Shown here one piece after another: positions 24,988-37,570 of a DNA stretch of 64,000 nt. Origin of the DNA: Mustelus asterias (lineage: Eukaryota); contig NC_135808.1 in the NCBI RefSeq assembly GCF_964213995.1, forward strand, positions 13,516,001-13,580,000, read 5' to 3'. A program made the position numbers and the translations under genes. The stretch's first letter is position 1. Each line of letters opens with the position of its first letter. The notes under the pieces are model-generated. The model worked only from the letters and a program-made list of their open reading frames with translations, was not told the DNA's origin and did not search any database.

Positions 24988-25240
24988 GATTGGAGATGCC
25001 GGCGTTGGACTGGGGTAAACACAGTAAGAAGTCTCACAACACCAGGTTAAAGTCCAACCTGTCAATATGCGCGATCTTCTTGGAGATCCTCTCCACTTGG
25101 AGCCGGCAGTTTGCGGTGTCGATGGTAGTCATGATGTGGAGATGCTGGCGTTGGACTGGGATAAACACAGTAAGAAGTCTCACAACACCAGGTTAAAGGC
25201 CAACGTTGGACTTTGACCTGGTGTTGTGAGACTTCTTACT
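24988..25240 (-). mobile_element. Rearranged Penelope terminal fragments including the start of the PLE ORF
   Basis: Two copies of the PLE terminal extension; between them the minus strand reads ATG ACT ACC ATC GAC... = MTTIDTANCRLQVERISKKIAHID; flanked by a duplicated cttcgtttttttttga. Confidence 0.75.
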
Positions 25241-26691
25241 TCGTTTTTTTTTGACAGAGTTATGTAAGACTGGATTTTTAACTTGTCCAAAAAAGGCGAG
25301 AATTTCTCCCATTTTCACCCTCGTCTGGCACTTAGAGTTTTTTTTGTAAAATTGCCCTGATCATCTTTTCCCTTTGATGTTTCCCACCCTGTGGACCTGA
25401 TTTTTAGCATATAAATGCCAATTCCCTAATCTGTCCACTTTGAGGTCAACTCTTCTCCATCTCATCATTCTCCCCAAGACACATAGGTAAACACTTGCTT
25501 TTCTCACTGGCATGCTAATTCACATATCAAGACCCACTTCAGACAGCTGTCCTAATCAATTCCCCTTTTTATTTTACCCCAATTGCATTTTTTAATCTTA
25601 ATTTTCCACAATTCTTAACAAGGAGCAAACACTCCAATCATCAAGATACATAAGCTGCTACTCACTACATTTCTCAGATTCTCATCCAGTTTGAAAAATG
25701 AGAGCTAACTTCCTCTGAAGAAATAAAATAAAAAGTATTGACATTAAGTTACATGAGTATAGTCCAGTGAGTCCAGGTTCAATTTAAGGTGGCTTTGTCC
25801 AATAGCGTTTTGTTTCGATATTAAGACGTTCTGGGGAGATGGTGGTCAGAGCCAGACTGTTATCACAGAACTACCAACATGGGAACAGCTGATCAAACAT
25901 TTGATCAGCCCAACAGCTGTCCATGTTGAAAAACTGAATGTAAACAAGAGAATGTGGAAGAGGAACAGATTTTTTTTTCATAGAATCATAGAATCTTACA
26001 GTGCAGAAGGAGGCCATTCAGCCCATCGAGTCTGCACTGATCACAATCCCAGCCAAGCCCTATCCCCATAACCCAATGCATTTACCCCAGCTAGTCCCCC
26101 TGACACTAAGGGACAATTTAGCATGGCCAATCCACCTAACCTGTACATTTTTTACTTCATACGTTGTTGGCACAACAATTTAGATAGCTTTTCTTCTACA
26201 CGTTTTCTTTTCAAAATTGTAATTACATCAGCGTAAGTAATATCCTGTAAAGAGGCACTTCCAATTGTCAATATTCCCGAATCTGTCAGATGTTCCTGAG
26301 TCATCACATTCACATAATTTTTAACTCTTCTCAATAAAAAAGAATGTTCATCAGAAGCATTGATGACATGTATTAACAATATTTTCAGAATGGTTTCCAC
26401 ATCTGGAAAGGTCCTTCCTGCAAACCGTCACGTACAAGTCCATACAAATCAACTGGTGAACTTGAACAACAGACCTCGTAGTATTCAATAAAATGAATAA
26501 AATGTTTTGCACCTTCTTCAAAAAGATATGTGTCTCTGTCCTCTTGATACAATTCATTTAATTTCTTACTGCAGTGGACTTTAGCAATTTTGTCCATGTC
26601 TCTGTCAAAACGTGTGAAAATATATCAACAGTTATTTTTAGAGCTTCACCTCTACTCTGTAATTGTACTATTATAGTGTCACAAATGACAT

Positions 26692-26820
26692 TGATGTGGA
26701 GATACCGGTGCTGGACTGGGGTGGGCACAGTAAGAAGTTTCACAACACCAGGTTAAAGTCCAACAGGTTTATTTCAAATCACGAGCTTTCAGAGTGCTTC
26801 TCCTTCATCAGGTGAGTGGA
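26692..26820 (-). mobile_element. Penelope terminal repeat fragment with degenerate hammerhead, inserted in the hAT fossil
   Basis: gatgtggagataccggtgctggactgggg...ccttcatcaggtgagtgg. Confidence 0.8.
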
Positions 26821-27033
26821 CAGTCTCAAACATGATCTCTTTTTCTTTGAAATTGCTTTTGTTGTCTCTACTTTCATCGAAAAATAACTTCCTGCTTCTT
26901 TTACACTCCTCATCAGATCATTTTTCAAAAAGTTTTTTAACTCCATTCTCAAAGTTGCAAGGCCAATGCTCAGAGTGGATTGGACAAACCCGAATCCATC
27001 CCGTGCTTGCTCCATTTTCTGTTAATGTTGGTA

Positions 27034-27312
27034 AAGTTTATTTATTAGTCACAGGTAAGGCTTAAATTAACACTATAATGAAGTTATTGTGAAATTCCTC
27101 TGGTTGCCACACCACAGCACCTGTTCGGGTCACTGCACCTAACCAGCATGTCTTTCAGACTGTGGGAGGAAACCGGCGCACCCGGAGGAAACCCACGCAG
27201 ACACGGAGAGAACGTGCAAACTCCACACAGCGAGTAATTCAAGCTGGGAATCGAACCCAGGTCCCTGGTGCGGTGAGACAGTAGTGCTAACCACTGTGCC
27301 ACCGTGCCACCC
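27034..27312 (-). mobile_element. HE1/V-SINE type B
   Basis: Head, core and tail on the minus strand. Confidence 0.88.
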
Positions 27313-27599
27313 CATTGCCTCTAATTCCACTGAGCTGTCGTCAATTTGAACTTCCAGGACAAACCTTTTAACTGAGGCTAACAATTCTGCAGCATTCAAA
27401 AAAAAGTATCAATTGTTTGCAGCAATTTGCAGGTGATTTTCAGAAAGACTTGCTGAATTCTCCCTCAGTGTACCCGGACAGGGGCCGGAGTGTGGCAACT
27501 AGGGGATTTTCACAGTAACTTCATTGCAGTGTTAGTGTAAGCCTATTTGTGACACTAATAAGTAAACTTTAAAACATGGCATTAATTATTTGAAGTGAA

Positions 27600-27938
27600 C
27601 ATAGAATCATAGAAACCCTACAGCACAGAAAGAGGCCATTCGGCCCATCGAGTCTGCACCGACCACAATCCCACCCAGGCCCTACCCCCATATATTTTAC
27701 CCACTAATCCCTTTAACCTACGCATCTCAGGACACTAAGAGCAATTTTAGCATGGCCAATCAACCTAACCCGCACATCTTTGGACTGTGGGAGGAAACTG
27801 GAGCACCCGGAGGAAACCCACGCAGACACGAGGAGAATGTGCAAACTCCACACAGACAGTGACCCAAGCCGGGAATCGAACCCAGGTCCCTGGAGCTGTG
27901 AAGCAGCAGTGCTAACCACTGTGCTACCGTGCCGCCCC
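27600..27938 (-). mobile_element. HE1/V-SINE type A
   Basis: Near-consensus copy. Confidence 0.92.
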
Positions 27939-28536
27939 ACAAACAGTTCCTTCTGTTAGGGATTTGCTTCAGATTTTACATGTGCTTTTGTTCTGAATTA
28001 GTTGCGGCCATGTAAAATAAGGTTTTCTTTACATCATCATAGTTCATTTTCAAAGCCAAAACAGCATTTGCATGAGCAGACCACCTGGTGTCACAAATTC
28101 TTCCAACCGTCAAATGTTTTTTCCTTTGCTCACTCCAAGCGAGATGTAACAAACTCCACCGACGCGAGGAAAGTGAAGAAAAGGCAGGCATGTTTTGAAC
28201 AAAGTTTAAAATTGTGTGGCTCCCTCACATTTCTCAAAGATTCTGTGACTATTTTGAACTCCGCCTCACCCTCTCCCCCGGCGTGCTTCATTGTACATCA
28301 CCCTTTGTTTAACCATCTGTTGTTTTTGCTTTGAAGTTACCATTGAAAAGAAAGGCTGAGAATTGTTCAGGGTGGGCGTGGGGGATTTGTTGATAGCTGA
28401 GTATTTCACAATGGAAAATCCCTGGCAAGCTCCCTATAGAATGGCTTCTGCTATTCAATTAGACATCAAACAAAGGATCAGTAAAGTTCCAGAAAAACAC
28501 TCAGTGCTTCCCTCTGCTGTCCATGCCTCACACATT

Positions 28537-31226
28537 CATGATGTGAAGATGCCAGCATTGGACTGGGGTCAACACAGTAAGAAGTCTCACAACACCAGGT
28601 TAAAGTCCAACAGGTTTATTTGGTAGCACAAGCCACTAGCTTTCGGAGCGCTGTTCCTTTGTCAGGTGAGTGGGAGTTCTGTTCACAAACAGGGCATATA
28701 AAGACACAAACTCAATTTACAAAATAATGATTGGAATGTGAGTCTTTACAGATAATCAAGTCTTAAAGGTGCAGTCAATGTGAGTGGAGAGAGCGTTAAG
28801 CACAGGTTAAAGTGATGTGTATTGTCTCCAGACAGGACAGTTAGTGAGATTTTGCAAGTCCAGGCAAGTCGTGGGGGTTACAGATAGTGTGACATGAACC
28901 CAATATCCCGGTTGAGGCCGTCCTCATGGAACTTGGCTATCAGTCTCCGCTCGAAGAGGAAAGAGTCGAATTGGACTCCTCCAGAAGGCCGCTGCCCTCA
29001 ACTTGACATGTCTGCCCAAGCCATCAGGAGGAGCGTCAACACCAGATTCATCAGCCGCACTCACAAGACAGCCCTGAACATCACCCAAGCACAACGCAAC
29101 GCCATCCACGCTCTCAAGACCAACCGCAACATTGTCATCAAACCAGCAGACAAGGGAGGGGCCATCGTCATACTGAACAGAACGGATTACTGCAAAGAAG
29201 TGTACCGACAACTGAACAACGAGGAACACTACAGTTACCCACAGATCCGACCAAAGAACACACCCGTCAACTCAACACTCTGATCAAGACCTTTGGTCCG
29301 GACCTTCAGAGCACCCTCCGTGCTCTCATCCCACGCACTCCCCACGTTGGAGATCTCTACTGTCTCCCGAAGATACACAAGGCAAACACACCCGGCCGTC
29401 CCATTGTATCGGGCAATGGGACCCTGTGCAAGAACCTCTCCGGCTATGTCGAGGGCATCCTAAAACCCATTGTACAAAGAATCCCCAGCTTTTGTCGCGA
29501 CACTACGGACTTCCTACAGAAACTCAGCACACATGGAGCAGTTGAACCAGGTGCACTCCTCATCACAATGGATGTCTCGGCACTCTACACCAGCATCCCC
29601 CATGATGATGGCATTGCTGCAACGGCCTCAGTACTCAACGCCGACAACTGCCAGTTTCCAGATGCAATTTGACAACTCATCCGCTTCATCCTGGACCACA
29701 ATGTCTTCACCTTCAACAACCAGTTCTTCATCCAGACACATGGAACAGCCATGGGGACCAAATTCGCACCTCAATATGCCAGCATCTTCATGCACAGGTT
29801 CGAACAAGACTTCTTCACCGCACGGGACCTTCAACCGATGCTATACACTAGATACATTGATGACATTTTCTTCCTTTGGCCTCATGGTGAACAATCACTG
29901 AAACAACTCTATGATGACATCAACAAGTTCCATCCCACCATCGGACTCACAATGGACTACTCTCCGGAATTGGTTGCATTCTTGGACACACGCATCTCCA
30001 TCACCTCAGCACTTCACTGTACGTAAGCCCACGGATAACCTCACGATGTTCCACTTCTCCAGCTTCCACCCTAAACATGTTAAAGAAGTCTTCACCTACG
30101 GACAAGCCCTCCGTATACACAGGATCTGCTCAGATGTGGAAGATCGCAACAGACACCTCCAGACGCTGAAAGATGCCCACATAAGAACAGAATATGGCGC
30201 TCGAGTCATCGATCAACAGTTCCAACACTCTACAGCGAAAAACCGCACCGACTCCTCAGAAGACAAACACGGGACACGGTGGACAGAGTACCCTTCGTCG
30301 TCCAGTACTCCCCCGGAGCGGAGAAGCTACGACATCTTCTCCGGAGCCTTCAACATGTCATTGATGAAGATGAACATCTCGCCAAGGCCATCCCCACACC
30401 CCCACTTCTTGCCTTCAAACAATCGCACAACCTCAAACAGACCATTGTCCGCTGCAAAGTACCCAGCCTTCAGGAGAACAGTGACCACAACGCCACACAA
30501 CCCTGCCACAGCAACCTCTGCAAGACGTGCCGGATCATTGACACGGATGCCATCATCATAACGTGAGAACACCATCCACCAGGTACACGGTACATACTCT
30601 TGCAACTCGGCCAACATTGTCTACCTGATACCCTGCAGGACAGGATGTCCCGAGGCATGATAAATTGGGGAGACCATGCAGACGCTATGACAACGGATGA
30701 ATGAACACCGCTCGACAATCACCAGGCAAGAGTGTTCTCTTCCTGTTGGGGAACACTTCAGCGGTCACGGGCATTCGGCCTCTGATCTTCAGGTAAGTGT
30801 TCTCCAAGGTGGCCTTCACGACACATGACAGCGCAGAGTCACTGAGCAGAGACTGATAGCCAAGTTCCGCACACATGAGGACGGCCTAAACTGGGATATT
30901 GGGTTCATGTCACACTATCTGTAACCCCCACGACTTGCCTAGACTTGCAAAATCTCACTGACTGTCCTGTCTGGAGATAATACACATCTGTTTAACCTGT
31001 GCTTAATGCTCTCTCCACTCACATTGTCTGTACCTTTAAGACTTGATTACCTGTAAAGTCTCGCATTCCAATCATTATTTTGTAAATTGAGTTTGTGTCT
31101 TTATATACCCTGTTTGTGAACAGAACTCCCACTCACCTGACGAAGGGGCAGCGCTCCGAAAGCTAGTGGATTTTGCTACGAAATAAACCTGTTGGACTTT
31201 AACCTGGTATTGTGAGACTTCTTACT
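28537..31226 (+). mobile_element. Penelope-like element (RT plus GIY-YIG endonuclease), 5'-truncated, with inverted copy of its 3' end at 28537-28952
   Basis: IVIKPADKGGAIVILNR, LPKIHK, MDVSALYT, GTAMGTKFAPQYA, RYIDDIF, CHSNLCKTC, RMNEHRSTI, HEDGLN; several frameshifts; 28575-28952 is the reverse complement of about 30842-31226. Confidence 0.93.
31134..31168 (+). ncRNA. Minimal hammerhead ribozyme motif
   Basis: CAC-CTGACGA-A-GGGGC-agc-GCTCC-GAAA-GC-TA^GTG. Confidence 0.8.
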
Positions 31227-31449
31227 GGATTTTACATGACAGGATATAGCTGCAGGTTACCAGTAATCACTGTTCTCAAGCAGTAAATTGGCAGCAACTT
31301 TCAAGGTCCAGCGGAAATCATGAGTTGCCCAGTTCCTCCACAAGTTTACCACAGGGGTATATCATTGAGATACTGAGCATTTGTGAATACAATGAGATGA
31401 ATTTTGAGCCCATTTTTGGTCGTCAGCACGAATGGCAATAAATCTTTAT

Positions 31450-32030
31450 TTAATTTGATTTATTATTGTCACGTGTATTAGTATACAGTGAAAAGTATTG
31501 CTTTTTGTGTGCTATACAGACAAGGTAAGAAGTCTCACAACACCAGGTTAAAGTCCAACAGGTTTATTTGGTATCACAAACTTTCAGACTGCTGCTCCTT
31601 CATCAGATGAGTCAGTACAGGCAAAACATACCGTTCATAGAGTACACAGGGGAGAAGGAAAGGAGAGGGGGCAGGATATAGTGTCACAGTCACAGCTAGG
31701 GTGGAGGTGCCGGCGTTGGACTGGGGTGGACACACACATAGAGACTTCTTACTGTGCCTAGTTAGAGTGTACAGAAAGAGCAACTTAATTTAAGGTAGGT
31801 CCATTCAAACGTCTGATGGCAGCAGGGAAGAAGCTGTTCTTGAATGAGTTGGTACATGTCCTCAGACTTTTGTATCTTTTTCCCAACTGAAGAAGGTGGA
31901 AGAGAATTTGTCCGGGGTGCGTAGGATCCTTGACTATGCTGGCTGCTTTTCCAAGGCAGCGGTAAATGTAGGCAGAGTCAATAGATGGGAGGCTGGTTTG
32001 TGTGATGGACTGAGTTACATTCATAATCCT
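31450..32030 (-). mobile_element. Rex1/Babar 3' end containing Penelope terminal fragments (31525-31615, 31700-31757)
   Basis: ORF 31785-32033 TQTSLPSIDS...KNSFFPAAIRRLN; PLE motifs inside the 3' UTR. Confidence 0.82.
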
Positions 32031-32584
32031 CATTTCCTGATTTTCCCCACCCCTTGTCCTTGATGCAATGAGGTGTGTTGTGGGGTGGAGTTGCCTGTGA
32101 GTGGGGGGGCCATTTGCCCGATACCTGAGTGGTGGACGTCACCCTGATAGCAGTGTGATAGGACAGGAGGAAACCATGCTTGTGTTGCAGGGGGATCACC
32201 GATACCTTTGTGGTGGGTGGGGTTGCCGTGTGGAATGAGGGAGGGAGGGAGTTAATTTTTATTGTAAAGCATGTGCCCTTTAAAGATGGTGCCCCGATCT
32301 CTTGCCAGCTCTAACAGGCTCGCCCTGCCCCGCCAGAATGATGGTGAAAACCACACTCCCTAATTCCCTGTGTACCAAGTGCCAGAATATCTGGAGTGAA
32401 AACTCAGCTGTGCAGCTGGAGAGAGACACATGGCGGTGTGCAGTCTGAACCTGACACTGTGCCAGATTCCGCTCCTAAAGCTGCAGATTTTGCCTTTGGT
32501 CATCCACTAAACAAAGCAGGAAAAGCTGGAGCCTGCGCATTCAAGTGTGGAGTCTATTTCTTCAAGTTTTAATTCATGTTGACA

Positions 32585-32880
32585 CTCCTAAACTCCCTCC
32601 CTCTCCCTAACTCTCCAACTCTCATGTACTCCCTCCCTCTAACTTTTCCTCACTTCTAAATCTCCCTCACTCCCTCCCTCCCTGCCGAACTCCCTCCTTC
32701 TCTTTTCCTAACTCTCTAACTCTCCCTCACTCCCTGCCTAACCCCCTCCCTCTCTCTAACACTTCCTAATTCTCTAACACTCCCTCACTCCCTTCCTCCC
32801 TAACTCCCTCCCTCTAACTCTTCCTAATTCTCGAACTCTCCCTCACTCCCTCCTCGCCTAACTCCCTCTCATCCCCTTTT
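32585..32880 (+). repeat. Pyrimidine-rich degenerate tandem repeat (ctccctcactccct.../ctctaac)
   Basis: Direct reading. Confidence 0.8.
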
Positions 32881-32944
32881 TCTATTTGAGATATTTGTCT
32901 GCCAATTTTAATTTTCCTTTCATTCCTACCTTTCTGTTTTTTAA

Positions 32945-33960
32945 AGTTTGGCAGCTAGATTACAAGGTGGGAAAGTGTGAGGTTGTCCATTTTGTCTGGA
33001 AAAATGGAGAAGCAGAATATTATTTAAGTGGAGAAAGTCTGCAGAATGCTGTGGTACAGAGGGATCTGGGTGTCCTTGTGCATGAATCGCAAAAGGCTAG
33101 CATGCAGGTACAGCAAGTCATTAGGAAGACAAGTGGAATGTTGGCTTTTTTGCAAATGGAATGGGATACAGAAGTAAGGAAGTCTTGCTACAGCTATGCA
33201 GGTCAGACCACAGTGGTGTAGTAATGTTATCGCTGGACTAGTAATTCACAGACCCAGGGCAAGATCTGGGGACCCATGTTTGAATCCCACCATGGTAGAT
33301 GGTGAAATTTGAATTCAATAACAATCAAGTCTGATGCCCATGGAACCATTGTCGATTATTGTAAAAATCTATCTGGTGACTAATGCCCTTTAGGGAAGAA
33401 AATCTGCTGTCCTTACTTGGTCTGGCTTACATGTGACTCCAGAGCCACAGCAATGTGGTTGACGTTCAAACACCCTCTGCAATGAAGAGAAATTAGGGAT
33501 GGGCAATAAATGCTGACCCAGCTAGCGATACCCACATCCTGTAAATGAATTTCAAAAAAGACCTATATTACTGTGTACAGCTTTAGTCTCCTTAAGGAAG
33601 GATATTTTTGCTTTGGAATCAGATCAGAGAAGGTTCGTTGGACTGATTCTTGGGATGGAGGGGTTATCTTATGAGGAAAGGTTGGGCAGGTTGTACCTAT
33701 ATTCATTGGAATTTAGGAGACTGGGAGCAGGTCTTTATTGAAAGATATAAGATTCTGTGGGGGTTTTGGCAGGGTTGATGTTGGGAGAATCTGAAGGAAT
33801 TGAAAATTAGGGTACACAGTTCACAAAGTGAGCTCTCCCAATTGAAGATGATAACGAGAAGGAGATCCTTCTCCGAGAATTCTCTTCCACACGGAGCAGC
33901 GGAGACCGGGTCATTGAATATAGTCAAGGCTGAGCCAGACTGATTTCTGATTGACAAAGG
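32945..33960 (+). mobile_element. Old CR1 fragment interrupted by a family 2 SINE (about 33210-33545)
   Basis: WQLDYKVGKCEVVHF...QRDLGVLVHESQK; CR1 sequence resumes after the SINE. Confidence 0.8.
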
Positions 33961-35228
33961 GGGGGGGGGGTGTTTCTTCAGAAGGAACTCTTCAAACGCA
34001 GCCAATAAAAAATATAACAAAACGTACTCCAACTTACAAATCAAAGAAAACTTTTAATAAAGAAAATTCATTTCTCCAAACTTGGGGCCTCACCCTGGGC
34101 CAATCCAAGTTCCCCTACAATTCCCAGAAGGTTCTTATTTATACTGAGTCAGCAGGTCAGCTGACCATCACATCATTCTGTAATTGGTTCCATGGTTTAT
34201 TGGGTCAGCTGACCCTTACAGCTTGTTACCATTGGTCACATTACATCCGATACAAAATTGTCACTGGTTACATTCTAACAGTTGGCACGAAAATGGAGTT
34301 GGGGCCACATTCAGATCAGTTGTGATGGTATTGAGTGGCAGGGCTGGTTCGATGTGCGGAATTGCCTGTCCAACTCCTGTTTCTTGTCATCTCAGCAACT
34401 CAGTATTGCAACAGACATTTCCTGGTTCCGAGTCTGTCTGCCACGATAAGGGTTCACCAACTCGATGAGTTGAAGAGATGACTGCTTATCTGATTATGGC
34501 CTTAGCTCCACTTTCCTGTCTGCCCCAATAACCCTTAACACCCCTTACAGATCAGAGATCTGCCTAATTCAACCTCCAACATCTTCAATGGCCCAGCCTC
34601 CACTGCACAGTAGGCAAGAGAATTTCAAAGATTAAAAACAATTTTTAAAAAATATTCTTTCACAGGATGTGAGCATCGCTGGCAAGGCCAGCATTTATTG
34701 CCCATTCCTAATTGCCCTTGTGGTGAGCTGTTCTCTTGAAATGTTGCATTTCCTGAGGTGTAGGTGCACCCACACTTGCTCTCGTCATATTGTGATGTTA
34801 CTGTAGCTTAAAGAAATTTATTTTTTAATCACATGTTCGCTGCAGTTTATGAGCAAGCTCAGTTTTTTTCATTGTGGCACCAGCTGCCTGCTTGGAGATC
34901 CTTTTAATGCTGCTTCAATGGTTGAAATGGCATTTTGTTTATTTTTACTCTGGGCTTCATGCAGTGTCCGGGATTTTTAATGACTCTGAATTGTTGGAGG
35001 AAGAATGATTGACAGGTCAGGTGACAAATGTTCTTATTTTTCAGTTGTGGGTTGCAGGCTGCTGTTTTTAGTTTTGGAAGATGTTTTTACTTCAAGCTGG
35101 ATACAATGTTTTCTCTCTCTCTCTCCCTGGTGTTATAGATACTGCTGGTTAGCTGGAAGCAGGTCTCCTTGCCTTCCTGGAGTGAGAATTCTGTCTCTTA
35201 CCGTGGTTCACTGGCTAAAAGCTAGAGA

Positions 35229-35599
35229 TATTGGGTTTATGTCACACTATTTGTAACTCCCACAGTTGCGTGGACCTGCAGAGTTTCACTGGCTGTCTTG
35301 TCTGGAGACAATACACATCTTTTTAGCCTGTCTTGATGCTCTCTCCACTCCCATTGTTTTGTTTCTTAAAGACTTGATTAGTTGTAAGTATTCGCATTCC
35401 AACCATTATTCATATAAATTGAGTCTGTGTCTTTATAAGTTCTGTTTGTGAACAGAATTCCCACTCACCTGAAGAAGGGGCTCAGAGCCTCGAAAGCTTG
35501 TGTGGCTTTTGCTACCAAATAAACCTGTTGGACTTTAACCTGGTGTTGTTAAACTTCTTACTGTGTTTACCCCAGTCCAACGCCGGCATCTCCACATCA
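35229..35599 (+). mobile_element. Penelope 3' terminal repeat insertion with 13-bp TSD
   Basis: taaaagctagaga at 35216-35228 and 35600-35612; ends ...ggcatctccacatca. Confidence 0.88.
35466..35502 (+). ncRNA. Minimal hammerhead ribozyme motif
   Basis: CAC-CTGAAGA-A-GGGGCT-cag-AGCCTC-GAAA-GC-TT^GTG. Confidence 0.75.
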
Positions 35600-35776
35600 T
35601 AAAAGCTAGAGACCAGCAATGGCATTATCCCTACCTCAAGATCTGCTGGAAGTTTCAAAGCTGAGAAGTTAGAGTTTCAATTCTTCAACCAAAGGACTAA
35701 GTTCCAGCATTAGGTGAGCATTCTTATTTTCTGTGTTAAACCTGTGGCAGGGGTATGTTGATAAGGAGGTTTGTTT

Positions 35777-37570
35777 AGAACATAGAACATAGAACATAGA
35801 ACATTACAGCGCAGAACAGGCCCTTCGGCCCACGATGTTGCACCGACCAGTTAAAAAAAAAACTGTGACCCTCCAACCTAAACCAATTTCTTTTCATCCA
35901 TGAACCTATCTACGGATCTCTTAAACGCCCCCAAACTAGGCGCATTTACTACTGATGCTGGCAGGGCATTCCAATCCCTCACCACCCTCTGGGTAAAGAA
36001 CCTACCCCTGACATCGGTTCTATAACTACCCCCCCTCAATTTAAAGCCATGCCCCCTCGTGCTGGATTTCTCCATCAGAGGAAAAAGGCTATCACTATCC
36101 ACCCTATCTAAACCTCTAATCATCTTATATGTTTCAATAAGATCCCCTCTTAGCCGCCGCCTTTCCAGCGAAAACAATCCCAAATCCCTCAGCCTCTCCT
36201 CATAGGATCTCCCCTCCATACCAGGCAACATCCTGGTAAACCTCCTCTGCACCCTCTCCAAAGCCTCCACATCCTTCCTGTAATGTGGGGACCAGAACTG
36301 CACACAGTACTCCAAGTGCGGCCGCACCAGAGTTGTGTACAGTTGCAACATAACGCTACGACTCCTAAATTCAATCCCCCTACCAATAAACGCCAAGACA
36401 CCATATGCCTTCTTAACAACCTTATCTACTTGATTCCCAACTTTCAGGGATCTATGCACACATACACCTAGATCCCTCTGCTCCTCCACACTATTCAAAG
36501 TCCTCCCGTTAGCCCTATACTCAACACATCTGTTATTCCTACCAAAGTGAATTACCTCACACTTCTCCGCATTAAACTCCATCCGCCACCTCTCGGCCCA
36601 ACTTTGCAACCTGTCTAAGTCTTCCTGCAAACTACGACACCCTTCCTCACTGTCTACCACACCACCGACTTTGGTGTCATCAGCAAATTTGCTAATCCAC
36701 CCAACTATACCCTCATCCAGATCATTAATAAATATTACAAACAGCAGTGGCCCCAAAGCAGATCCCTGAGGTACACCACTTGTAACCGCACTCCATGATG
36801 AATATTTACTATCAACCACCACCCTCTGTTTCCTATCCGCTAGCCAATTCCTGATCCAATTTCCTAGATCACCCCCAATCCCATACATCTGCATTTTCTG
36901 CAGAAGCCTACCATGGTGAACCTTATCAAACGCCTTACTAAAATCCATATATACCACGTCCACTGCCTTGCCCCCATCCACCTCCTTGGTCACTTTCTCA
37001 AAAAACTCAATAAGGTTAGTAAGGCACGACCTACCTGCCACAAAACCATGCTGACTATCACCTATCAATTCATTACTCTCCAAATAACTATAAATCCTAT
37101 CCCTTATAATTTTTTCCAACATCTTGCCGACAACAGAAGTGAGACTCACCGGTCTATAATTCCCGGGGAAGTCTCTGTTCCCCTTCTTAAACAATGGGAC
37201 AACATTCGCTAACCTCCAATCTTCTGGTACTATACCAGAGGCCAACGACGACCTGAAGATCAGAGCCAGAGGCTCTGCAATCACTTCTCTTGCCTCCCAG
37301 AGAATCCTTGGATAAATCCCATCCGGACCAGGGGATTTATCTATTTTCAGACCCTCCAGAATATCCTGCACATCCTCCTTATCAACTGTAATACTGTCTA
37401 TTCTACTCCCTTGCAACCCAGTGTCCTCCTCAGCTATATTCATGTCCCCTTGCGTGAACACCGAAGAGAAATATTGGTTCAATGCTTCACCAATCTCCTC
37501 CGGTTCCACACATAACTTCCCTCTGCCATCTATAATTGGCCCTAAACTTGCCCTAACCAACCTTCTGTTC
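35777..37570 (-). mobile_element. Young 5'-truncated CR1-clade LINE with uninterrupted ORF2 3' half
   Basis: ORF 35878-37560 (560 aa, all RT motifs, intact to the stop); (gttctat)n tail; candidate TSD ttgttt at 35771-35776 and 37571-37576. Confidence 0.97.

Larger units (their letters stand above)
26155..28535 (-). pseudogene. Fossil hAT-superfamily transposase (ZMYM1-like), fragmented
   Basis: Minus-strand pieces in correct order: SSRRWSLL...ICDTRWSAHANAVLALK (27976-28191), LYQEDRDTYLFEEGAKHF, ETILKILLIHVINASDEHSFLLRRVKNY...MTQEHLTDSGILTI (hATC dimerisation domain, 26152-26400); many stops and frameshifts. Confidence 0.8.

Noticed and set aside
24988-25240. Recurring repeat acaacaccaggttaaagtccaac with spacer-like sequence, superficially CRISPR-like
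   Set aside because: Eukaryotic context, no cas genes, irregular spacing; it is the Penelope terminal repeat.
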